Below, in pieces: positions 19,688 through 30,039 of a stretch of 64,000 nucleotides of DNA. Made by a program: the position numbers and the translations under genes. Source of the DNA: an uncultured Lentimicrobiaceae bacterium (GTDB lineage: Bacteria > Bacteroidota > Bacteroidia > Bacteroidales > UBA4417); NCBI GenBank assembly GCA_964544545.1, contig CAZJCG010000002.1, forward strand, positions 89,319 to 153,318. The letters run 5' to 3'. A model generated the notes under the pieces. It searched no databases, was not told the origin of the DNA, and was given only the letters and a program-made list of their open reading frames with translations. Numbering within the stretch: position 1 is the first letter of the stretch; each line of letters starts with the position of its first letter.

Positions 19688-20083
19688 ATGTTCTCGTTCC
19701 TTTCAAGAGATCTCGTAATCAAGTTCCTGAAATTCGGAGTTGTAGGCGCAACAGGCGTTGTAGTAGATTTCGGATTCACCTATTTTTTCAAGGAAATTGT
19801 CAAGATCCAAAAGTACGTCGCCAACGCCATTGGCTTTACCCTCGCCGCAACAAGCAACTATTTCCTCAATCGTTGGTGGACCTTCCACAGCCATAATCCC
19901 GAGATCGGCATCGAATATTCCAGATTCCTCTTTATCTCTATACTGGGACTTGGAATCAACACCTTCGTCATCTGGCTACTGGTCAGTCGCTATAACCGGA
20001 ACTTCTATCTTTCGAAACTCTTCGCCATCGCCATTGTAACCCTCTGGAATTTCTGCCTGAACCTGATGTTCACATTTGCGTGA
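19688..20083 (+). CDS. GtrA-family membrane protein
   Basis: 131 aa with four TM helices; KFLKFGVVGATGVVVDFG is typical of GtrA-like proteins. Confidence 0.75.
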   Translation: MFSFLSRDLVIKFLKFGVVGATGVVVDFGFTYFFKEIVKIQKYVANAIGFTLAATSNYFLNRWWTFHSHNPEIGIEYSRFLFISILGLGINTFVIWLLVSRYNRNFYLSKLFAIAIVTLWNFCLNLMFTFA

Positions 20084-20115
20084 TCCCTGTTCCGTAACAT
20101 CGCCGGTTCAACCAG

Positions 20116-20982
20116 TTACTGGTTCTTGTTCATGCTCTCCGGGACAACCAGAATATAATTTCCTTTCCCCTTCCATTCTTCATTCATTTCCCTGAGATCA
20201 GTCTGCTGCACCGATGAAACAGTAAGTATCTTCAGGTCAGGATTTGTCCTCTGAAGATACCATACTATCCCCTGAAAGTTGTCGCTGTGATAGCTGCCGT
20301 TGAAATGAAGGAACACGCTGCCGGGCTTATAGTTGGCCAGTATGAAATGAGCCATGGTTGCATCTTTTATTGCCTGGGCCCTGGCGATATTCTGCGTAAC
20401 ATGGCTTGGAGTGTTTCCCATATTACTGACAATGTCCTTATAACACGCCAGTTCCGGGTCATAAGTCACTGGTAAGGGTGCGATCCACCTTTTTGCCTCC
20501 GGAGAAAGGGAGTCCAATCCTTCGAATCCTTTCCTGTTCACCAGGGCTGCATACCTCCGCGGTATATTGGTGGCTATAAACGCCAGCCCGCTGTCACGGG
20601 CAAAGGATAACAGCGGTTTATAATCAATCTTGTAATTCTGCCAGAGTCTGGCTTCCGATTCAAAATTCTTGTCCACTACCTTCCCGCTAAGATATTCATC
20701 GATAATAAGCTGGTTATCTGCCTCAAACATCTCGGCGCCTAATATCAGTTCTTTCCCCCTGGTTTGATAAAGGTCTGTCATCAGTTCATATTCAAGCCAG
20801 TGAACAACTGACAGATCGTGCAATTCTCCAAAAAGGATGATATCAGCAGCACGTGCATCGGCCAGCAGTTCTTCGTACGTCACAGGCTTGCCTTTCGCAT
20901 TATAAAGCCGGTATGCGGGCTTTTCTGAACGCATGGCGATCATTAAAACCCATATTAACACTATCCACAGGATATGTTTCAT
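20116..20982 (-). CDS. ChaN-family (haem-binding uptake, Cofac_haem_bdg) protein
   Basis: ADIILFGELHD near the N-terminus and 288 aa, with a signal/anchor sequence. Confidence 0.65.
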   Translation of the reverse strand: MKHILWIVLIWVLMIAMRSEKPAYRLYNAKGKPVTYEELLADARAADIILFGELHDLSVVHWLEYELMTDLYQTRGKELILGAEMFEADNQLIIDEYLSGKVVDKNFESEARLWQNYKIDYKPLLSFARDSGLAFIATNIPRRYAALVNRKGFEGLDSLSPEAKRWIAPLPVTYDPELACYKDIVSNMGNTPSHVTQNIARAQAIKDATMAHFILANYKPGSVFLHFNGSYHSDNFQGIVWYLQRTNPDLKILTVSSVQQTDLREMNEEWKGKGNYILVVPESMNKNQ

Positions 20983-21013
20983 AGGAACAAGAAAAAAAGA
21001 TTATAGTACCAGG

Positions 21014-21502
21014 CTATTTCTTAAGCTGGTTTCCCTGGTACATAAGAGGAAGAAAATTGTTCACTCCATTCACCGACCATACCCGGCTGCTTTCGCCCTG
21101 CATCACGATCCGGATAGGTTCACCATTCAGAGCCTCATACTCAGCCAGCACCTGCCTGCAGGCGCCACACGGTGTGACAGGGGACGATTGATGAAAAACC
21201 TCTGTCTTTGCCACAATAGCAACACTTTCAATAGGAACTCCCGGGAAATGGCTGGCTGCAGCAAACACAGCCACCCTTTCGGCGCATAATCCCGAAGGAT
21301 AAGCTGCATTCTCCTGGTTATTCCCCGTAATGACCTCACCATTCCTTAGCCTGATAGCAGCGCCTACAAAAAAACGGGAATAGGGCGCATAGGCAGAACC
21401 GCAGGCATGCCAGGCTTTCTCAAGCAATTGCCTGTCGCTGGCAGGAAGTTCATCAACCGATGGATACTCGGTAAAGGCGATTTGAATTTTATGTTCTATC
21501 AT
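21014..21502 (-). CDS. cdd: cytidine deaminase
   Basis: Zinc motifs CAERVA and PCGACRQVL; 162 aa. Confidence 0.9.
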   Translation of the reverse strand: MIEHKIQIAFTEYPSVDELPASDRQLLEKAWHACGSAYAPYSRFFVGAAIRLRNGEVITGNNQENAAYPSGLCAERVAVFAAASHFPGVPIESVAIVAKTEVFHQSSPVTPCGACRQVLAEYEALNGEPIRIVMQGESSRVWSVNGVNNFLPLMYQGNQLKK

Positions 21503-21611
21503 GCCTTTGGTTCACGAATTAATGTAAGGTTCTACGATCAGGAATGGCCCGTACTTAAGCCATAAAAATCTGCTTAAAGGTAGACAAATATGTATAATCT
21601 TCAGCCATTGC

Positions 21612-23306
21612 TTAATTCTGGTTTTCTGCAGGCAATTCTTTATCCTCTCGGTCCCATGCCAGAAGGAAAAGAGATGTGAAGCATGCAAAAAAAGTCACGC
21701 CTTCCTGGGACTCAATGGTATCTTCCGTCAGCATTGAAAGTATAAAGATCAGCCAGAAGACCATGTAGAAATAATCTCTGTATCTCTTACGGGGGATCAT
21801 TGGATATATCAGAACGATCAGGAACCAGATGAGCCCGACTATACCCAGTGCAACGGTGATGGAAAGGAACTGGTTATGGGATCGCAGTCTGTATTTAGGA
21901 TCCAATATAGAATGCGTTGCATCATATTGCTTCCGGAAAGCATCAGGCACATCACCGGTGCCAACGCCGAACAGCGGATGCTTCCGGATGATCTGGACCG
22001 AGGTCTTCCAGTACTCAAACCGCTGAATGAGCGAACTGGAATTCGGATTGTTATGATGCCGGTAATTATCCCAGCCAATCAGGAAGTTGTTGATCTGGTC
22101 ACGGATATTGAATCCCGCCCTGTACATGGCATTGGTCCGCCCTGCCTCTATGTTCCTGATATCAGCATCACTCAGTTGCGCCAAGCCTGATGAATCTTTG
22201 CGCAACTGTTTGGAAGCCATGTAACGGATCAGCGTAAAACGAAGATTCTGCTGTTTCTGATCCAGGCTGTCGATCGGGTAATGACTCCTTCCCGCCCAGG
22301 CTTTCCGCAACTCTTTGTCGCAAATATACAGCCCGACATAATGCCCGTTTTCGATCCGGAAATTCACTGTATCGTGGTAATAGGAATTTCCCTGGACCGT
22401 CTTTGGTTCCAGCGTGTTGAAGGATATGGGCTCCGTCTTCCTGAACTCCCTGACGACCGAACTAAAATACAGGATCGGCGCTGCCGCAAGGAGAATGCAT
22501 GCAAGCAGCAGAACTACCCGCATCTTCGCCCGGGCTGCCCTGAATGCCCGGAATAGCAACATAATGATGGTAACAAGAATGAATATCGCTATACCTGTGG
22601 TGTACTGCTGAAAGAATAAAAAGAACAGAAACCAGGCTGCCGTCAGTCCGAACAAGCCCTTTGCCCAAACCGGGAATCCGCTTTTCTTATTCATCAGGTA
22701 CAGTAGGACAAAGGTTGAAAAAACAGCATTCAGGCTGAAACGGATATGGGAAATATGGGCATTCAACGCTCTGGTGTCGGCTACAGGCAGGTTATAATAA
22801 AGGATCAGCCGGTAAATGGTTCCACCCAGGATGGCCAGTGAATATGCCAGTAATAACGCATATAAGACCCTGGTATTAATCCTTGGTCCGGTTGATAAAA
22901 AGAGTGGCAGCAGGAAAAGTGGCAGCTTGGTACGGATATCCTTCAAACCATACTGAAAATCAGTAGTATACAAAAGTCCGAGTACATGCAACAACAGCAA
23001 CGACGAGATGACCAATGCCACCTTGTTGCTGAAGAAAGACTTGAATTTGGATAACAGCGAACCGGCCAGCGAAACAAAAAAACCGGTGACTAAACGTAGT
23101 ATCCTTCCGGGATGGAGCCGGTTACCGGCATAATAGGTTTTAAAATACTCCGTATCGGACCGGTAAAGCAGCCAGAATCCCAGTACCACAAACTGACTTA
23201 CACTGGTGGTGTACTTCGACAAAGGTATCGATGCCAGAAGAAGTGCCAGGGCTACATAATAAATCCCGGCAATTATACTGTCGAAACGTTCTTCTGCCTG
23301 CTCCAT
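21612..23306 (-). CDS. O-antigen ligase/polymerase (Wzy_C) family membrane protein
   Basis: 564 aa with more than 10 TM helices and a large loop followed by RSHNQFLSITVALGIVGL, typical of the O-antigen ligase-like family. Confidence 0.6.
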   Translation of the reverse strand: MEQAEERFDSIIAGIYYVALALLLASIPLSKYTTSVSQFVVLGFWLLYRSDTEYFKTYYAGNRLHPGRILRLVTGFFVSLAGSLLSKFKSFFSNKVALVISSLLLLHVLGLLYTTDFQYGLKDIRTKLPLFLLPLFLSTGPRINTRVLYALLLAYSLAILGGTIYRLILYYNLPVADTRALNAHISHIRFSLNAVFSTFVLLYLMNKKSGFPVWAKGLFGLTAAWFLFFLFFQQYTTGIAIFILVTIIMLLFRAFRAARAKMRVVLLLACILLAAAPILYFSSVVREFRKTEPISFNTLEPKTVQGNSYYHDTVNFRIENGHYVGLYICDKELRKAWAGRSHYPIDSLDQKQQNLRFTLIRYMASKQLRKDSSGLAQLSDADIRNIEAGRTNAMYRAGFNIRDQINNFLIGWDNYRHHNNPNSSSLIQRFEYWKTSVQIIRKHPLFGVGTGDVPDAFRKQYDATHSILDPKYRLRSHNQFLSITVALGIVGLIWFLIVLIYPMIPRKRYRDYFYMVFWLIFILSMLTEDTIESQEGVTFFACFTSLFLLAWDREDKELPAENQN

Positions 23307-23323
23307 GCTGAAAACAACTTCCG

Positions 23324-25009
23324 TTAAGATTTTTTTCCGGGCCGGCTTGTTGAATCAGATTGCACTTTCCCGTTCAGGATGCCTGAATAGGTCTCCGGTT
23401 CATTGATCAACTGTATGGACTTGTCTATGTCCGTATCGTTCGCCAGTGAAGCTTCAATCCTCCCTTTCTGATAATAATAACGGCTCACGATCTCAAGCTT
23501 CAGAAGATCTTTGATCTCCTCTTTGTTGTCGGACAGATCCTTTTCCTTGTGCGCTTTTACCTGAGCTAACATGGATTCATAACTTGCACTGATGTCGCCC
23601 CAGCATCCTTCAGCTTCTGCCGCTTTCTTAAGTCTTTCAACCTCAGCCTCCACTGCCGTTGTGAATTCAAACCCTTTCGACTTAATGAAATTCGTAAAAT
23701 CGGTATAATCATCATCAGAAAATGTGAACTTGCCGGCCTCAGCTATCAGAGGGTGCTCCCGGGTGTACTTGGTTGCATAGTCAAATATCAGATATTTGGT
23801 AACAAGGTTAAATGCTATACTGCTGAACCGCAAGGTATCTGTCAGCACATCCGGCTGGATGCCTTTCCCGTCATAAACCGTTCTTCCGCCAAGCGTCTTG
23901 AAAGCCGTTATAAGCGAATCCGGAATATGGCCGGCTTCACCGTTGTGCTGGGAATAATCGATAGCCTGGATGCACCTGCCGCTGGGGATGTAATATTTGG
24001 CCACCGTAATCTTGACCTGAGTATTATACGATAACGGATATACATTTTGTACCAGCCCTTTCCCGAATGTTCTGCGGCCAACAATCACAGCACGATCCAG
24101 ATCCTGAAGGGCACCGGCAACGATTTCCGATGCTGATGCACTTGAGCCGTTCACCAGGACGATGAGTGGCAATTTGTCATCCACCGGTTCGAAGTTAGTC
24201 TTGTATGTTTTGTTCTTATCGAGCTGTTTGCCTTTTGTACTTACAACCACTTCTCCCTTCTTCACAAAAAGATTCACCAGGTTAACGGCCTCTGTAAGCA
24301 ATCCGCCTCCGTTATCTCTCAGATCCAGCACCAGTCCTTTTAGTCCGGACCGCTGACGAAGGTCTGTTAAAGCCTTCTTTACATCCTCCGAACAATTTTG
24401 AGTGAAGCTGCTAAGCTTTATATAACCGATATCCTGATTCAGCATCCCATAATAAGGAACCGATTCCACTACAATTTTCTCGCGGTTGATAGTAAATGAC
24501 AGGTCATTCGGTTCTCCTTCCCTCCTGATTTCCAGCTTGACCGTAGTTCCGGGTTGCCCTTTCAGGATATTGCTTACATCCTCCACCGATTTACCTGAGG
24601 TGCTTTTATCGTTGATACGGATAAGCTTGTCACCTGCCTTTAGTCCCGACTTCTGGGCAGGAGATTTCTCATAAGGTTCGGAGATAATGATATAGTCTCC
24701 CTGTTTGTGGATCAGGGAACCAATTCCGCCATACTCACCGGTCGTCATAAACCGGTAATCCTCTATCTCTGCTTCCGGGATATAGTTTGTATATGGATCC
24801 AGCGACTCCAGCATGGCATCAATCCCTGTCCTGATCATCTCCGACGGATTGATATCGTCCACATAATTGGTATTCAATTCTTTATACAACGTAGCAAAAA
24901 TGTCCAGGTTCTTCGAAATCTCAAAGTTCTGGGAGTTCTGTCCATCAGCCCGGTTAAAAGGAATGGTCAGGATTAATACGAGTAAAAGCGGGAGAAGAGA
25001 TTTTATCAT
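23324..25009 (-). CDS. S41 carboxy-terminal processing peptidase with PDZ domain
   Basis: GLVLDLRDNGGGLL and NGSSASASEIVAGALQD (catalytic Ser region), plus PDZ GLKAGDKLIRINDKS. Confidence 0.9.
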   Translation of the reverse strand: MIKSLLPLLLVLILTIPFNRADGQNSQNFEISKNLDIFATLYKELNTNYVDDINPSEMIRTGIDAMLESLDPYTNYIPEAEIEDYRFMTTGEYGGIGSLIHKQGDYIIISEPYEKSPAQKSGLKAGDKLIRINDKSTSGKSVEDVSNILKGQPGTTVKLEIRREGEPNDLSFTINREKIVVESVPYYGMLNQDIGYIKLSSFTQNCSEDVKKALTDLRQRSGLKGLVLDLRDNGGGLLTEAVNLVNLFVKKGEVVVSTKGKQLDKNKTYKTNFEPVDDKLPLIVLVNGSSASASEIVAGALQDLDRAVIVGRRTFGKGLVQNVYPLSYNTQVKITVAKYYIPSGRCIQAIDYSQHNGEAGHIPDSLITAFKTLGGRTVYDGKGIQPDVLTDTLRFSSIAFNLVTKYLIFDYATKYTREHPLIAEAGKFTFSDDDYTDFTNFIKSKGFEFTTAVEAEVERLKKAAEAEGCWGDISASYESMLAQVKAHKEKDLSDNKEEIKDLLKLEIVSRYYYQKGRIEASLANDTDIDKSIQLINEPETYSGILNGKVQSDSTSRPGKKS

Positions 25010-25047
25010 TGTATCGGGTTTTTAACTGTAAATTATTTCAAAAAGCA

Positions 25048-25278
25048 TCAGGGAACAGGATCATATCCACTGCCCCCCCAGGGATGGCATGAAGCCAGTC
25101 GTTTCAGGGTCAGCCAGCCTCCCTTTATCGGGCCGTATTTCTTTATCGCTTCAATGCCATAAGCTGAACAGGTAGGGGTATACCGGCATGAAGGAGGCAG
25201 ATAGGGTGAGATGGCAGCCTGATAAAACCGGATCAGACCTATAAGGATGCCGCCTGTTATTCTTTTTAGCTGCTGCAT
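25048..25278 (-). CDS. yidD: membrane protein insertion efficiency factor YidD
   Basis: [23 protein letters not shown] signature; 76 aa, downstream of rnpA. Confidence 0.93.
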   Translation of the reverse strand: MQQLKRITGGILIGLIRFYQAAISPYLPPSCRYTPTCSAYGIEAIKKYGPIKGGWLTLKRLASCHPWGGSGYDPVP

Positions 25279-25303
25279 TGTTGTAAAGGTAGAATGTAAA
25301 CGG

Positions 25304-25702
25304 TCAGCCCTTGGGAATATTTTCCAGTTGCCGCAGTATATTCGTCACTGCCGTCTCCATCTCACCGTAATCGCTCAACTGCCTTCCCGTGTATATCAAC
25401 GCCAGGTTCATATGGATCTGAAGCCGGTCGAGTGATTGCATCACAGGACCTTTAGCTTGCCTGTAAATTTCCCTGATAAGTCTTTTCATCCGGTTCCTGT
25501 CAACAGCCCTTTTCAGGTATTTCTTAGGAACAGAAATGAGTAACTGCAAGGAAGGAGCTTCATTTTTCGGTTTGAGCAGATATATGGCCTTAACCGGGTG
25601 AACGAAAAGAACATTCCCCTGCTTAAAAAGCTCTTCAACTTCTTTTTTCCCACAAAGCCGTTCGGCTTTCCGGAAAGTTGGCCGGGCATACTTCTCTTCC
25701 AT
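25304..25702 (-). CDS. rnpA: ribonuclease P protein component
   Basis: A basic 132-aa protein with the [17 protein letters not shown] pattern, immediately upstream of yidD. Confidence 0.85.
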   Translation of the reverse strand: MEEKYARPTFRKAERLCGKKEVEELFKQGNVLFVHPVKAIYLLKPKNEAPSLQLLISVPKKYLKRAVDRNRMKRLIREIYRQAKGPVMQSLDRLQIHMNLALIYTGRQLSDYGEMETAVTNILRQLENIPKG

Positions 25703-25718
25703 GGTTTCTTATTGCCTG

Positions 25719-25726
25719 CAAAGGTA
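25719..25726 (-). promoter_or_regulatory. -7 box TACCTTTG upstream of rnpA-yidD
   Basis: Perfect match on the minus strand, 17 nt before ATG 25702. Confidence 0.5.
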
Positions 25727-25803
25727 ACAATACCCTGTAAGACTGAGAAACTATCGTATTGCAGGATCTCAATTAACAATCATGCATACTATCGGAAACA
25801 ACC

Positions 25804-25832
25804 TAAAAAGAAACCCGGCTGAAGCGCCGGGT
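25804..25832 (-). terminator. rho-independent terminator after hemD
   Basis: Minus strand reads ACCCGGC-GCTTCA-GCCGGGT followed by TTCTTTTT. Confidence 0.7.
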
Positions 25833-25841
25833 CCCTCTGTG

Positions 25842-26591
25842 TTATTTTTTATTGCATTTGGCCAGGTATTGGTCAATGGCCATAGCCATGGACGGGGCCG
25901 ATGCACTGGGGGCCGGAATGTTAACCACAAAACCGGCGTCGGTTGCAGCCTGGGCGGTTGTTGCACCGAATGTACCAATGAGTTTCTCACCCTGAACAAA
26001 ATCAGGCCAGTTATAGAAGAGTGAACGTATTCCCTGCGGACTGAAGAATACGATCATATCAAACGAATTAATATCAATAATATCCTTCATTTCAGCCGGA
26101 AGGGTCCGGTACATAATAGCTTCCTTATATTGAACCTTGAGAGACTCAAACATGCCCGGCAACTCCTTATTATGGCTGTCGGAACACGGGATCAGGAATT
26201 TCTCGGTCTTGTGCTTCTTCACGATATCTATCAGCTGAGCAGCATCAGGAGCATGAAATATCTTCCTTTTCCTGAATTGAACATATTTCTGCAGATAGAA
26301 GGCAATAGACTCCGACATGCAGAAATATTTCATCGTTTCGGGTATCTCAGCCCTCACTTCTTTGGCAATGCGGAAGAACTGGTCAACAGCATGCTTGCTG
26401 TTAAAAACAACAGCCGAGTATTCATTCAGATAGATCCGTTCATCCCGGAATTCACGGGTGGTTATACCTTCGATCCTGAAGAATTTGCAAAACTCGATAT
26501 GCACCCCATATTTTTTAATGATATCACCATAAGGTGACTTTTCAATTTCCGCTGGAACGGGTTGTGAAAGCAGAATGTTCTTGATTTTCAA
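25842..26591 (-). CDS. hemD: uroporphyrinogen-III synthase
   Basis: 249 aa. MKIKNILLSQPVPAEIEKSPY and the two-lobed HEM4 pattern match Bacteroidota hemD as I remember it. It is adjacent to a DUF4271 gene, as is usual in this phylum. Confidence 0.75.
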   Translation of the reverse strand: MKIKNILLSQPVPAEIEKSPYGDIIKKYGVHIEFCKFFRIEGITTREFRDERIYLNEYSAVVFNSKHAVDQFFRIAKEVRAEIPETMKYFCMSESIAFYLQKYVQFRKRKIFHAPDAAQLIDIVKKHKTEKFLIPCSDSHNKELPGMFESLKVQYKEAIMYRTLPAEMKDIIDINSFDMIVFFSPQGIRSLFYNWPDFVQGEKLIGTFGATTAQAATDAGFVVNIPAPSASAPSMAMAIDQYLAKCNKK

Positions 26592-26641
26592 AACGCTCTA
26601 GGTTAATTGGGTACAATTTCTTGATCATCAAAAACAGGCAC

Positions 26642-27577
26642 CTATTGCTGCCTGATCAATTTTACCATTAACAGGAAGGGTAAAATTTCGAGGGTGCAAA
26701 GGTATAAAATTAAATAGAATATTGAAAACCCCGCGTTCGAAAGACCAATGATAATACTACGTATAAACCTGTATATAAGCAATATAGCTATTATTCCAAG
26801 AACTATCCAAATGAATGGCTCGGGTTGCAGATAATAGACCAGCAGGAGAAACGGGAAGGTGAAAATCCCGGTAGCATCATTGAATATTAAGGAATTGAGC
26901 TGATAAGCATGAGCATGCTCACTGGTCTTGAAAATAGTACCCGAAATTCGAACCAGAAACGTTTTTATCTGCACATACAAAACCACACCCAGAAAAATCG
27001 TCAGAAAAACAATGAAAGGAGATATCCCCTGCGGCTGCAATCCTTCCATTCTGATTAACTGAAAAAGGGTGAGCGAAATGGAAGTCAGGAAAACAAACGA
27101 AAGCCCCAGTGTAATCCGTTCATTGTAAAGGTTCCCTTCCCTTTCCAGTTGATTTGTGTAATAGGGAAGCGCAACTGAACGAAATATCTGCTTCAACCGT
27201 TTGGAATGATTTGTTTGTATCCAGGCCAGCAATACCAAACAGATGATCATCAGCAATGTGATCCAGTCGGTGGAATATCCCTCGATCACTCTCGGTCCTG
27301 AAGGAGATGCCGGCAGCATATGGCCCTTGAAAAAGGATGGCCCTGGACGGAGTTCCTTGGCAGGAGCAGCCGGGGTGATATAATCATATATTCCGAAATA
27401 AACACCGGTCTGCTGATCCCCATAATGAGCCTGCGACTGGTTGGTGTTGGGAACGAAATAATCAAAAAAACCGGTTGTATCAACCGGGTAAGGATAATCC
27501 TTATATCGGGGAAGGTGGCCACTCATCCGATCAGCATATGAACGGCAAAAATACAAAAATCCTTCAGCGGGAAGCAC
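26642..27577 (-). CDS. DUF4271-like polytopic membrane protein
   Basis: Six C-terminal TM helices after a Pro/Tyr-rich N-terminal part. The position upstream of hemD is conserved. The start is uncertain (27577 or ATG 27526). Confidence 0.6.
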   Translation of the reverse strand: MLPAEGFLYFCRSYADRMSGHLPRYKDYPYPVDTTGFFDYFVPNTNQSQAHYGDQQTGVYFGIYDYITPAAPAKELRPGPSFFKGHMLPASPSGPRVIEGYSTDWITLLMIICLVLLAWIQTNHSKRLKQIFRSVALPYYTNQLEREGNLYNERITLGLSFVFLTSISLTLFQLIRMEGLQPQGISPFIVFLTIFLGVVLYVQIKTFLVRISGTIFKTSEHAHAYQLNSLIFNDATGIFTFPFLLLVYYLQPEPFIWIVLGIIAILLIYRFIRSIIIGLSNAGFSIFYLILYLCTLEILPFLLMVKLIRQQ

Positions 27578-27663
27578 CGCGGATTGTATCCGGAAAGCAT
27601 CCGGGTCAACAACCGGAGTAGAAAAAATCCGGACCTTCGATCTCCCGGACCTGAAATATATCC

Positions 27664-27671
27664 TAACTTTG
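27664..27671 (+). promoter_or_regulatory. -7 box TAACTTTG upstream of the dehydrogenase-ackA pair
   Basis: Perfect match, but 96 nt before ATG 27767, which implies a longer 5' UTR. Confidence 0.35.
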
Positions 27672-27766
27672 CATCAATTATTCCTACACAGGTCTTAAAT
27701 TACTGATTTACAATAATAAACATAGGCCAGACCTGTTTTTTGACATTTAAAAAAATCACTCATACT

Positions 27767-28741
27767 ATGGCAGAGATTATTGCGAAACTGGAAGATTTTA
27801 CCTTAACGAAGGGCAGTAAAAAAAGCGGTGCCTTACAAAAAATCGGCATCATCGGCTGCGGATCCATGGGGCAGGAGATTGCTAAAACAATCAGCCAGCA
27901 CGGATTTGACGTGGTGATCCTGGATATCGATGAAACCAGGGTGAATGAAGGGATCAATGGCATTACCCGGCTTATCGATGATGAGATACGTCGCTGGGGA
28001 ATGACTCAGGGTGAAAAAAGGCTGATCTTGTCCAGAATTAAAGGCTCGATTGATTACCAGTCACTGGGAGACTGCGACATCGTGCTGGAGGCTATTAATT
28101 CCCGTAAACCTGGTACCAGCCTGGAAGTAAGAAAAGAGATCTTTATGAAGGCTGAAGCCGTGGTCCGCCGCGATACAATTCTGACTTCCAACACAGCAAC
28201 CCTGATGATATCTGATCTTGCCGCCGGATTAAAATATCCCGACAGGGCTGTCGGCCTTCACTTCCTCGCTCCGACTGACAAAGTTAAGGTACTTGAAGTT
28301 GTACGTAGCGCAAAGACATCCAATGAAGCATACGAGCAGGCATGCAGGTTCGTCAGGATGCTGGAGAAAAAGCCTATCCGCCTTATGGAATCGCCAGGCA
28401 ATATCAGCACAAGGATGATCATCGTGATGATCAATGAAGCCTGTGAAATGCTTATGGAAGGTATCGCTTCTGCCCAGGATATCGATGAACTCATGCGCAC
28501 CAGCCTCGGTCACCAGTTCGGGCCCTTTGAACTTGCCGACAGGATCGGATTGGATAAACTTCAGAAATGGATGGACAACCTCTTTGCCGAATTCGGTGAA
28601 CATAACTACAAAGCATCGCCGGTCATCAAACGGCTCGTGAGGGCAAATCACCTGGGTAAAGTCTGCCGTCAGGGCTTCTATAAATATGATGCCAATGGCA
28701 AGATTATCGGCAATACCGTTACCTGCCCCGAATTCAAATAG
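27767..28741 (+). CDS. 3-hydroxyacyl-CoA / 3-hydroxybutyryl-CoA dehydrogenase family protein
   Basis: Rossmann motif IGIIGCGSMGQEIA, SNTATL and HFLAPT motifs, and a C-terminal all-helical domain. The start was taken as ATG 27767; the ORF track starts at a TTG at 27740. Confidence 0.85.
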   Translation: MAEIIAKLEDFTLTKGSKKSGALQKIGIIGCGSMGQEIAKTISQHGFDVVILDIDETRVNEGINGITRLIDDEIRRWGMTQGEKRLILSRIKGSIDYQSLGDCDIVLEAINSRKPGTSLEVRKEIFMKAEAVVRRDTILTSNTATLMISDLAAGLKYPDRAVGLHFLAPTDKVKVLEVVRSAKTSNEAYEQACRFVRMLEKKPIRLMESPGNISTRMIIVMINEACEMLMEGIASAQDIDELMRTSLGHQFGPFELADRIGLDKLQKWMDNLFAEFGEHNYKASPVIKRLVRANHLGKVCRQGFYKYDANGKIIGNTVTCPEFK

Positions 28742-28765
28742 TCTTTTACGAAAATCACCTATACA

Positions 28766-29971
28766 ATGAAGATAATTGTTCTTAATTGCGGAAGCTCCTC
28801 TATAAAATACCAATTGTTTGATATGCCAACGGCGGAGGTAATTGCCAAAGGTCTGGTTGATAAAATAGGACTTAAGGGGGCATCCATCAAACATTCAAGG
28901 ATCGATGGCACGGTCCTCAAACTTGAAGGAGAGATACTCGACCATCAGGCCGGTATTGAACACGTACTGGCTATTCTTACCCATAAAGAATATGGTTCTC
29001 TCACCAACCTTGAAGAACTGGGGGCTGTGGGACACCGGGTTGTGCATGCCGGAGAAAAATTCAACGGATCGGTTGCCATCACCAAAGAAGTGATCAAAGC
29101 GCTGGAAGAATGCGTTGACCTTGCCCCGCTTCACAATCCGCCCAATCTCGAAGGTATTTACGCCATTACCAAATTACTGCCTGATATCCCTCAGGTGGGT
29201 GTTTTCGACACAGCCTTCCATCAAACCATGCCGGAACACGCCTATCTTTATGGAATCCCGTATTCGCTCTATGAAAAATATAAGGTTCGCAGATATGGTT
29301 TCCATGGATCCAGTCACAGGTTCGTTTCTAACCGGGCGGCAGAGATGCTTGGAAAAGACATCAGTACCACTAAGATTATCAGTTGCCACCTCGGAAACGG
29401 AGCTTCCATCGCAGCTATCAAATACGGGCAGTCGGTCGACACCAGCATGGGTATGACCCCCGTTGAAGGACTTGTAATGGGCACCCGTTGTGGCGATGTG
29501 GATGCCGGAGCTGTGCTGTATATTGCTGATAAGGAAGAAACCAGTATTCCTTTCACCAACACACTTCTTAACAAGCACAGCGGCATGCTGGGACTTTCCG
29601 GCGTTTCAAGCGATATGCGTGATATTGAAGCGGCAGCAGCCGACGGAAATCGTCGTGCAAGTACGGCACTTGAGATCTACTATTACCGTATCCGCAAGTA
29701 CATCGGAGCCTATGCAGCTGCAATGGGCGGGGTTGATGCTATCATTTTCACCGGTGGTGTAGGCGAAAACGACTGGGTAACCAGGCAGGAAAGTTGTAAA
29801 GGATTGGAATTCATGGGAATTGAAGTGGACACTGAGAAGAACACTAACCTTCGCGGCAAGGAAGAAATCATCAGCAAACAGGGTTCAAAAGCCAGCGTCA
29901 TGATCATCCCGACAAACGAAGAACTGGTAATTGCCCAGGACACCTATGAGATCGTCACGGCCCGTGCCTAA
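28766..29971 (+). CDS. ackA: acetate kinase
   Basis: MKIIVLNCGSSSIKYQLF, HRVVHAGEKF and GFHGSSH motifs; 401 aa. Confidence 0.96.
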   Translation: MKIIVLNCGSSSIKYQLFDMPTAEVIAKGLVDKIGLKGASIKHSRIDGTVLKLEGEILDHQAGIEHVLAILTHKEYGSLTNLEELGAVGHRVVHAGEKFNGSVAITKEVIKALEECVDLAPLHNPPNLEGIYAITKLLPDIPQVGVFDTAFHQTMPEHAYLYGIPYSLYEKYKVRRYGFHGSSHRFVSNRAAEMLGKDISTTKIISCHLGNGASIAAIKYGQSVDTSMGMTPVEGLVMGTRCGDVDAGAVLYIADKEETSIPFTNTLLNKHSGMLGLSGVSSDMRDIEAAAADGNRRASTALEIYYYRIRKYIGAYAAAMGGVDAIIFTGGVGENDWVTRQESCKGLEFMGIEVDTEKNTNLRGKEEIISKQGSKASVMIIPTNEELVIAQDTYEIVTARA

Positions 29972-29982
29972 TTCAGTTTTAC

Positions 29983-30028
29983 TTATAAAAGAAAGAGGCT
30001 GCTTTCCTGCAGCCTCTTTCTTTTTTTA
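29983..30028. terminator. bidirectional rho-independent terminator between ackA and the yebC-family gene
   Basis: A 12-bp stem GAAAGAGGCTGC/GCAGCCTCTTTC (29991-30020) flanked by an A-run and a T7 run. Confidence 0.85.
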
Positions 30029-30039
30029 TTCTTCTGGAT

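Noticed and set aside
28229-28894. 221-aa minus-strand ORF overlapping the dehydrogenase 3' half and the ackA start
   Set aside because: It is antisense to two confidently identified genes, has no recognisable motif, and is rich in F/H/C/D in an unprotein-like way.
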